From positions 144-64,143 of the forward strand of contig PXBO01000060.1 in assembly GCA_003566885.1 (NCBI GenBank): 64,000 nt of DNA. The letters run 5' to 3'. The stretch's first letter is position 1. Each line of letters starts with the position of its first letter. The stretch is from Opitutia bacterium (lineage in GTDB: Bacteria > Verrucomicrobiota > Verrucomicrobiia > Opitutales > T3Sed10-336). The notes under the pieces were generated by a model. The model did not search any database and was not told where the DNA came from. It saw nothing but the letters and a program-made list of their open reading frames with translations. The translations under genes were made by a program, and so were the position numbers. Below, piece by piece: positions 57,601 to 64,000 of the stretch.

Positions 57601-58085
57601 CATTTCGTGGATACCAAAAGATCCAGCGAATCGTCCGGACCCGGCAAAACCGCCGCCGCCACCGGACCGACACCTTCCGGGTATATCGTTTCGAGTTGAA
57701 ACGCGGGGCCGGCAAGCAGGTTCACCCGGTTTGCCGCGGGCGCCGTCACGACAAATCGCTTGTCCGGAACGCCGGGAGATCGCCAGGCGAAGAGCCCGCT
57801 CGCATCCGTCACTCCGCTATGCCGCGGGTCCGCCCAGGCAAAGTTTCCCGCGGGTCTTCCTTCTCCCACCCGGAAAAGCCCGCTTTTCCGGTCCAGCACG
57901 AGAATGTCCTCCAGCCCGTCTCCGGTAAAATCTCCCGCCGCCAGGAACTCCGTATCCGTTTCCAAAACAAACGCCCCCGAAACAGCCGGCGCCGCGCCGC
58001 CGAGCAGAACCATCAGGCCGGCGAGCGCCGAATGCGGCTTCACCAACGCCGCAAATGAGAACCTTCTTTCTTGCACGGCGCTCAT
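54630..58085 (-). CDS. Large secreted protein: FG-GAP-like propeller, Fn3-associated/chitobiase C-terminal-like domain, DxDGDG repeats and the shared C-terminal domain
   Basis: 1151 aa with signal peptide. AGDFTGDGLEDIL; TIHPPPGRY..SPVRSATY; DSNGDGVPD..EELLAGTDP; AESEDLAVY..FYRI. Confidence 0.85.
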   Translation of the reverse strand: MSAVQERRFSFAALVKPHSALAGLMVLLGGAAPAVSGAFVLETDTEFLAAGDFTGDGLEDILVLDRKSGLFRVGEGRPAGNFAWADPRHSGVTDASGLFAWRSPGVPDKRFVVTAPAANRVNLLAGPAFQLETIYPEGVGPVAAAVLPGPDDSLDLLVSTKWNDPDPDVYRLEHLLQADGDFSPGGSIAVDYAWRLPNKVRIRHGDPDYLGVLKAGDSTRFSVYEMALDGELVLLADEISPAARYIHGFFGGSEFATFLFYDAGESQAQIRQVRNPGGGFEFDPPEWIQFPQPVDHLIALPNGAETDLLVIFEGGGSSIFEWHGAGQPTLLQEIPPPPIGRPTGAVPLAGDGFVLLQGQDGISQTYTRFESDGNVYLETASGSLSPLRPFFHTANILFFEREPFVDTRPGLVAARQVRHWSAALQPSIASGEWDVLAERFLGDLQGLADPAWTLLGPLPAGSAHALVNQYHPAISAFTFSSPREAWEGDTTIHPPPGRYSRGLRVSIEAPGASAVYYRIDPSGAWQTSGAWQTEPPSFFIYRDTTVQFYAQFGEDGKSPVRSATYTFGLPPKQMDSNGDGVPDFVKLAYGLDPLGPADSTGNGFTDLEELLAGTDPADPDESPVVRPTMTAGFILEATPLAFDGFADAFAGVEPGVPLFGYDAAGSSRLAVASAANSDDPGAPPAGRLVYFPLEPDQRLVLAATPQHFPIVTEQPDKQIGRELLALMPIAGPAPIEIDYRYQGRGLEEEAALWVDAARSAYEAFALPAVQAVLDPYETLLVALVERKIGLLLADRGKTDSPRITLTPFRSGEAGREPVNLDLLRELETSGESGASAFRLKEIYETIRAGLEETDPGTILLRALALDLYRISSKLANASPGVFPLPFDALREFVETGEVPQAYLDQSALTQEEISTAHARSTALLEAPSPRPIVVLQAEMPAEKHIGCAIVRSLDGAPLALVDPEGQPYPMPAAFDLLPGSRFRIEGFSDVASSCAPQTIEVISIEMTAIPLITGLDNDGNLLPDDWERLHFGGNGQDPFSSRDGTAYSLLQQYLEGTDPLDPHNVPSVPPADLRPPAVRIDEVGENMRLSWYWPQRYADAVEFLLAESEDLAVYHPALQSGSHLGGGEFELVAFVPPEADRMFYRIVMRLR

Positions 58086-61000
58086 GGCAATTCCACCTCG
58101 TTGGTCGGGATAACTCTATCGATCTCGCCGTCTTCCCGAAACCTGACCAGGAGATAACGGTATTTGGCTCCGGAAAGAACCGGATGGCGGTCGAGCAGGT
58201 AGATATGATGGGCCTCGCCCTCAATCTCGTCAAAGGCATCCCGCGGAACGACGGCGATAAACGGGTCGTGGATCACAGTGTGCGCGGGCACCTGTTCAGC
58301 CCCGGGATCATAGACCAGTTCGTGAGCGATCTGTTCGATCAGCGGACTGACCTGAATCACTCCCGCGGATACATTCGGCACCCTCTCTGTCGGCAACTGG
58401 TAGCGATAGAGGACAAACGGCAGAATGCTGCGGGTCGCGCTCGTCGCGTTCGCATCGGCGACGTCGCGGGCGCGCCGGTAGAGAAACCTGGCCGGATCGG
58501 TCGGCTCGCCGGCGATAAGTGATCGCTCGCCGTCGAAAGCCGCATCTCTGTCGAGGTCACCAATGCGAATGCCGGTCGACAGACCGACTCCCGCCGCGAT
58601 GTAGTTCAGCGGAAATACCACCGCTTTCAGTTCCGGCAGAAACCCGGCATCCGCGGGGGGAAGCGGCCTCGCGGGCCAGGGAATGTCAATCCCCGGATCC
58701 TCCGGAGGATCGATCCAAAGGAAGTCCTCGATATTGCTCAGCGGACCGGCCGGGCGCGCGAAGCGCGACATCAGATCGAGGGTTCCGCTTCCGCGGCCGA
58801 CCGCGCGAACCGCCACCCGGTATCGTCCCTCCCGGATGGGAAGGGTCAACGTGAAGAGCGCCTCGTCTTCTCCCTCAAGCTCGCGAGCCCGCACCGTCTG
58901 GTAAACGCCGAACTCGCGGGAGGAATTCCCGGATCCCAGCAGCAGCGAGAGTGGCCCGCGCAAACCGGCGATCTCGCCGTGTACGGGGCCGCTTTCATCG
59001 GCGAGCAGAATCTCGAACCGGTCCACGCCGGCGGGCGGGCAGAACCAGGTCAGGGTCATTTGCGGGTTCTCCCAATCCCCCGCTGAAACGGGGGGCATGA
59101 GCAAGGGTTGCGGCAGAGGTTGAACGCCTCCCGCCTCGACACAATCGAGGTTTGTCATCGGCCCGGCGTTGCCGTGCTCATCGAAGAGCTGAACGTAGTA
59201 GCAGATCGTTCCGCCGCTCGCCGGCATCGCTTCGTCGGTGTATTCGATTTCCTGATCCGGATCGTCGATGGTCCCCTGCGCGATGAACGCAAGGGGACCT
59301 CCGTCGATACTGCGATAGATCTTATATTCCCAACTGCCCGGAGAGGGCTCAAAGACGATCTCCGGAAACATGACGGTGTTGTCGCGCGGGTTACGGGTGG
59401 TATGTCTGCCGTCGCAATCCTCGCCTTCCCGTATTTCCAGGTCGGCGAAAAACGCCACCTCCAGGCGCCCCGGTTCCGTCATTTCAATGCCGGAATCGAG
59501 GATGTTCGGTGAAATCGCAAACTCCGACACAAAGCCATCGGCGGTTCCGACGCGGCACGCCACGAAGAATGACAACGGAACAAACTTATCGGGTGCGGTG
59601 ACATCGCCCGACCCGCTGCGTAAATACTCGGCCGGCACGGCAATATCGATATGAACGGGGCCTCCATCGGCCGGGAACTCGCGCCTGCCCAGAAACACGC
59701 CCGCCCCGCCATAGAACTCGGCCCACGCCAAACCGCCTTCAATCGTCTCGCAGGTCAGACGCAACGGTAACAGGCGAAAATCGATCGTCTGGTCGGAAAT
59801 GAAAGCGAAATCGAGAAACGCCACCTCGCCGTCGAGACAGGCGGTCCTGACCGAGCCGGTGGCGCCTTCCGGTCCGTCGCGGTCGCGCAGAACGCCCCAC
59901 GCCGGGGCGCTGTTGCCTGAAACATTCGGCCCGCAGGAGGCCTCCTCCACTGTCCGCACGGTGTACCAGTAGGTGACCCCGGCATCTTCCGGCATCCCGG
60001 GAGCGCCGGCTCCGGCATCGTTGTAACTGTTTTCCTCCCGTCCGGGAAGATGCGGGATCGGACCGGCGATCCGATTGACCAGCGGAAGCCCGCTCGCCGG
60101 ATCGATCAATCCGGCGTTCTCATGCATTTCCGTCGGGCTCGTCCACCGGTAAACATGGTACTGAGTCGTGGCGCTCCCCTCGGGGTCCTGCAACCAACTG
60201 ATCCGAAGTGTCTGCACACCGCCGCCGTTCGTCGAGTACGTGTATTGATTCTCCACGCGCACGGTTCGCGGCGGCAAAGGCGGCAGTCGCCCGCAAATCG
60301 TAACGAGGGTCCCGGCGGAAATCGCGCCGTCGCGGCCCAGGATGTCGCGCGCGCTGACGAAATAATAAAAACTCTCGCCATCGATGAAAGGAACCCCTCC
60401 GGGGGCGAACCGGCGGTTGTCGTCCACCAGGAAATAAGTGGATAGGTCCTCCCCGTCGGTCGCCTCCGTGGCGGTCAACGGCCGGGCCGGGCTTACCGGG
60501 AACTCATTGACCCGGACTGCCCCGGGATTCCCGGCGATGAACTGGAGAAAATCGTCCCTGTCCGGCGCCGGACCATGGAGATTGTTCGCTTCCGCAAGGT
60601 CCTGAGGAACACGGTAGAGGTTAAATCCGGACTGAAGAAGGGACAAACGGCGCAAGGGGTCCGGCGTGGCCCACCGGAGGCGTACGTTGAGATGACCGCG
60701 CGCATCCTCAAGCGGCACAGCGACCGCCATGCCGGGAGCCGGAAGCTCCACCGGGACTCCCGCCGTCACCGTCACCCGCCCAAGCACACCCGTGACTCTC
60801 TCCGACGCGACATCGAAATCCCGCACCTCGAAGGTCTGAACCGTGTCGGTCATCCGGGAGACGAAGGCGAGCCCGAGTGCCAGGTTCACGGTCGGATGAA
60901 GCCGGGCGAGAATCTCAAGGTTCTCCTGAAAACGCGGCTCCAGGGAGGCCCCCAGGATTGCCGCCGCCAGTTTTTGCGAAAGGGACAGGTCTTCGCTCGG

Positions 61001-61366
61001 AAGAATTGCTTCAAACAGCGAGTCCAGGCGTTCTTCAAGCAGCGGAAGATCATCGCCCAGCGCGGCGGCCCGGGCGAGCAGCGACTCGATGGTGCGAGCG
61101 TCGGTTTGGGTTCTCGTGATTCCCAGCAGAACATACGGCTCGAGAGAATCAGCCGGGCCGGCTTTGGCGTAGATAGCGAAATGCCGTTCCTCCAGCAACG
61201 ACGAATCTTCCGCCTGCCAAGCCAGGTAGGCCAGCGGGGCGCCTTCCGGATCGGTTGTCGAGGTCCCGACGGTGAAAAGCGTGCGGGAAAATTCGCTCGC
61301 CGCGACCGGTCCGGCGACCAGGGCCGCCAGGAACAACAAAACTGTGGGCCGAGGAAAGTTCATCAT
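58082..61366 (-). CDS. Large secreted protein with multiple fibronectin type III-like domains
   Basis: 1094 aa from ATG 61366 with signal peptide. Repeated LxW..YxxYR..DxxxxxGxxYxYxV patterns; ATGA overlaps at both ends. Confidence 0.82.
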   Translation of the reverse strand: MMNFPRPTVLLFLAALVAGPVAASEFSRTLFTVGTSTTDPEGAPLAYLAWQAEDSSLLEERHFAIYAKAGPADSLEPYVLLGITRTQTDARTIESLLARAAALGDDLPLLEERLDSLFEAILPSEDLSLSQKLAAAILGASLEPRFQENLEILARLHPTVNLALGLAFVSRMTDTVQTFEVRDFDVASERVTGVLGRVTVTAGVPVELPAPGMAVAVPLEDARGHLNVRLRWATPDPLRRLSLLQSGFNLYRVPQDLAEANNLHGPAPDRDDFLQFIAGNPGAVRVNEFPVSPARPLTATEATDGEDLSTYFLVDDNRRFAPGGVPFIDGESFYYFVSARDILGRDGAISAGTLVTICGRLPPLPPRTVRVENQYTYSTNGGGVQTLRISWLQDPEGSATTQYHVYRWTSPTEMHENAGLIDPASGLPLVNRIAGPIPHLPGREENSYNDAGAGAPGMPEDAGVTYWYTVRTVEEASCGPNVSGNSAPAWGVLRDRDGPEGATGSVRTACLDGEVAFLDFAFISDQTIDFRLLPLRLTCETIEGGLAWAEFYGGAGVFLGRREFPADGGPVHIDIAVPAEYLRSGSGDVTAPDKFVPLSFFVACRVGTADGFVSEFAISPNILDSGIEMTEPGRLEVAFFADLEIREGEDCDGRHTTRNPRDNTVMFPEIVFEPSPGSWEYKIYRSIDGGPLAFIAQGTIDDPDQEIEYTDEAMPASGGTICYYVQLFDEHGNAGPMTNLDCVEAGGVQPLPQPLLMPPVSAGDWENPQMTLTWFCPPAGVDRFEILLADESGPVHGEIAGLRGPLSLLLGSGNSSREFGVYQTVRARELEGEDEALFTLTLPIREGRYRVAVRAVGRGSGTLDLMSRFARPAGPLSNIEDFLWIDPPEDPGIDIPWPARPLPPADAGFLPELKAVVFPLNYIAAGVGLSTGIRIGDLDRDAAFDGERSLIAGEPTDPARFLYRRARDVADANATSATRSILPFVLYRYQLPTERVPNVSAGVIQVSPLIEQIAHELVYDPGAEQVPAHTVIHDPFIAVVPRDAFDEIEGEAHHIYLLDRHPVLSGAKYRYLLVRFREDGEIDRVIPTNEVELP

Positions 61367-64000
61367 TTGAAAAAGACCCGTATCCGTTTTCCTTCGACAG
61401 TGATACCGACGTCTCGCTCGATCTCCTTGTTCCTGACCGAACCGGCGACAGTTCCGCCCCCTTCCAGGCGCAGCGAACCTCCGCTCCGGGCTCCGAAAAG
61501 GGTGAGCGCCCCGGTCACGTCCACCGCGCAAAGAATCTCGCCACTGACCTCGCAGCTCATACGCCCGCCGTAGGTTCGCCGCAAGTCGGTGTCCACGAAA
61601 GCGAAAAGCGCGATTTCCGACGCCGACGTTAAATGGAGAAGACAACTTTGCGTCGCCAGGGGAGTCCATCCTCTCCCAAACGCGTAGATGCCAAAGAACG
61701 GCGGATTCCCCAGCAACTCGCTGACCCGAGGGTCCCACTCCCTGATCGGGTCAAACGAGCAGGCGTGACCAAAGAAGAAACCGCCCTCCTTGGAGCCCCC
61801 GTTAAAATCCCAGGTCGTTCGCGCCGCGAGGTAACTTTCATAGGGGCTGATGGAATAAACCGCGGCGAATTCCGAGAGTTCGAACAACTGAAACGCCATC
61901 GAACCCGTGGTCATGGTCAATCCTCCGCTCAAGCCATGAAATTGCGGAAACGGTGACATCGAAAGGGAGAATTTACCAGCCGAGTCCACCCGGACCGCCG
62001 TCCCGAGCGATCCGCCTTCGAATGGCCCTCCCTGCACCGACGAATTGGATACACCAAAGGAAATTTCCGCGCCCCTGTCCGCCGGCCCCGCGCAATTCCC
62101 GGCGCCATCGGACCGAAACTGCCGGTACTGAACGAATCCCTCGACTTCCATGGCGTTGCCGAGAAAATCCATATGGTAGTACCCATCGAGCCGAATACGG
62201 CGTAAGGCATTGCCGTTGATTTCAGCGTGCCCGCGGATGCCGCTGGCCGCGAGCGACGTGGCGGCGTCTCCAAGAAATTCCTTCACGTCGAGAGGCAGGC
62301 CCGCCAGCCCCTGGGCCAGGGTATTTTGAAAGTGGGACCATACGGTGCTCGCCAACAGGTCGAGCGCGGCGTTGAACTCGTGCGTCAAGTCCTGCAATTG
62401 CTGGCGCCAGGCAGCCTTGAAGCCGTTCGCCAGAGTTGACCCGCCCAATTCGATCAGAATCTGCCGCCGGACCTGTTGCCGGAACTCCTCCCAGGTGGGC
62501 AGTTCCAGGTTTTCAAAGAACTCCGGATCATAATCCATCCAGGTCGTCAATCGCGCGACCACCCGTTCCGCGATGCGTGGACCTTCATCATCGAAAGCCG
62601 CGTAAAGATCCGTCAGCGCCTGGTTCACGTCGCCACCCTCGTCCAACTCCTGGCGAAGGGCCTCCACCGCCTCCCTCAGTCGCGAAACGGTCCGGGAAAC
62701 GTCCTCGAAGACCAGTTCCGCCTCGTCCAGGTAGCTTTGCATAAGCGCCTCTTCCGCGACGGACCACGAGTGTAAATCGGCGTAGGTCTGAAAGATCGCC
62801 GCCGCGATTTCCCGCCGCCCGGAAACCGGATCTTTTTCGATCCAACCGGGCTCACTTCCGTCCCTGGCGCCAATCACCGCGTCAAAAGCGCCGTCCATAT
62901 CCAGCAGCGCCCGATCAAACTGCCCGATGACTCCGGTTCCGGCCGCGCGATCGCCGATACTCTGTTCCAGGAGGAGCGCCACGCCATCATCCAGCCTGGC
63001 GAATGCCGTCACCGGATCCCCCGCGACGAGATCGGCGTAAACGAGTTCGGCCAACTCATCCATCTCGTTCTCGATTGCCGGCTCGATGGCGTGATCCAAG
63101 CGGTCGCTCAAAAGGCGGCCCACCCCTCGAAGCCCCGAATCCAGCTTCTGCCGCAAGACCGCCAGGCCCGGGGGGAGCCGTTCCAGCAACGCCGTCAGGT
63201 GAGCCGGCTCGATCCCGTCGAAATGGGCGCCAAAGAGAATCTCGGCCCTCTCCGCGCTCAAGTAAGGCACGCGGTTTTCGACCTCGACGATCACGAGTTC
63301 GACGGGTTCCGTTTCGGGTGTGTGAAAGACGCGCCGCACCGGGTCCCAAACCACGCCGTAATTAAAAAGCGGAACGAAGAACCAGTTTTGCCGCGCCCTT
63401 GGCCTATAGGAAGTGTTGGCCGTCGTGTCCCGATACTGCATCAAGGTCACCGCTCCAGGGAAGCCGCGGTGGGCGTCATCGAAGGTAGCGTCGGTAAAAT
63501 AATCAGCCGCATACGCGCCTCCCATGACATGAATCGGGCTGCTGAAATCATCCTTTCGGGCGCGTGTGTGCACATGAACGCGCATTTCACGAAAGAATGC
63601 CACCTGGAGGCGCCCGGCGAGGTTGAGAAAACCCGCCTCCCCGGGGGCGTCGGGATAATGATTGAAGTAAGCGCCGGAAGCCGGCGTGAAGACATAATCG
63701 GTATTCTCTTCTTCCGGACCGGCGAAAGCGATCTGAGAGGCGAAGCGCAGGCGCGAATCGATTCCGGCCACCTCGTCCGCGCCGCGGATGATATTTCCGT
63801 CGGGAAAGAAACCGATCGAACCGTGGAGCGGGGCCTGCACATTCGACGCATGAGCGCGCATGCCCACAAGCAGGTGACCCCCTTCCGAGTAGGGGTCGCA
63901 GGGATTGACGGGACGAAAGCGAACGGCCAGCGGAGTGAAGTCCGCGTCCCAATACATGAGACGTTTCTCCTCCTGTTCCTCCGCCAGAAAGGCGCCTTCA
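61363..64000 (-). CDS. 3' part of a large uncharacterised protein (runs off the right edge)
   Basis: Frame open to the edge (more than 878 aa): beta-rich region, about 300-aa helical region, then a Gly/aromatic beta-rich C-terminus with several Cys. Confidence 0.85.
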   Translation of the reverse strand, partial: EGAFLAEEQEEKRLMYWDADFTPLAVRFRPVNPCDPYSEGGHLLVGMRAHASNVQAPLHGSIGFFPDGNIIRGADEVAGIDSRLRFASQIAFAGPEEENTDYVFTPASGAYFNHYPDAPGEAGFLNLAGRLQVAFFREMRVHVHTRARKDDFSSPIHVMGGAYAADYFTDATFDDAHRGFPGAVTLMQYRDTTANTSYRPRARQNWFFVPLFNYGVVWDPVRRVFHTPETEPVELVIVEVENRVPYLSAERAEILFGAHFDGIEPAHLTALLERLPPGLAVLRQKLDSGLRGVGRLLSDRLDHAIEPAIENEMDELAELVYADLVAGDPVTAFARLDDGVALLLEQSIGDRAAGTGVIGQFDRALLDMDGAFDAVIGARDGSEPGWIEKDPVSGRREIAAAIFQTYADLHSWSVAEEALMQSYLDEAELVFEDVSRTVSRLREAVEALRQELDEGGDVNQALTDLYAAFDDEGPRIAERVVARLTTWMDYDPEFFENLELPTWEEFRQQVRRQILIELGGSTLANGFKAAWRQQLQDLTHEFNAALDLLASTVWSHFQNTLAQGLAGLPLDVKEFLGDAATSLAASGIRGHAEINGNALRRIRLDGYYHMDFLGNAMEVEGFVQYRQFRSDGAGNCAGPADRGAEISFGVSNSSVQGGPFEGGSLGTAVRVDSAGKFSLSMSPFPQFHGLSGGLTMTTGSMAFQLFELSEFAAVYSISPYESYLAARTTWDFNGGSKEGGFFFGHACSFDPIREWDPRVSELLGNPPFFGIYAFGRGWTPLATQSCLLHLTSASEIALFAFVDTDLRRTYGGRMSCEVSGEILCAVDVTGALTLFGARSGGSLRLEGGGTVAGSVRNKEIERDVGITVEGKRIRVFFK

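Noticed and set aside
1-64000. rRNA, tRNA, DGR/retron, prophage or recognised antiphage systems
   Set aside because: No reverse transcriptase, phage, cas or structural RNA signatures recognised by eye. A covariance-model search would be needed to exclude small ncRNAs.

Overview
GC-rich bacterial chromosomal window, most likely a verrucomicrobium of the Opitutae/Puniceicoccaceae type. This is inferred from an Opitutae-style VPEPSTYAAIFG PEP-CTERM protein, a PVC-type membrane-bound dehydrogenase and many acidic secreted proteins. About 36 intact CDSs are present. Housekeeping and metabolic genes include aroB, a stand-alone TrpB2, ldhA, HAD, MDR, DJ-1/PfpI, SGNH and ferric-reductase-like genes. 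There is also a TonB-dependent receptor with two Fur-like boxes, a Phd/VapC TA pair and an ECF sigma/anti-sigma cassette. Large secreted proteins dominate: a 2612-aa Ig/beta-propeller repeat protein, a 1540-aa HExxH/LamG protein, a vanadium haloperoxidase-like protein, a tandem GH43 lipoprotein, and a translationally coupled operon of three large uncharacterised proteins that runs off the right edge. The main candidates for new biology are four. (1) Four unrelated exported proteins share a C-terminal domain (S-x-D-L-x-x-W ... F-[YI]-R-[VLI]) that looks like a protein-sorting signal. (2) The three-gene operon has no recognisable function. (3) Orphan T2SS/pilin-like modules occur in paralogous pairs. 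(4) Intergenic spaces hold TA-ended MITE-like shells and REP-like hairpins with compensatory base changes. Several gene remnants are present. I saw no rRNA, tRNA, CRISPR array, transposase or integrase. All family calls come from motif recognition by eye, not from database searches.
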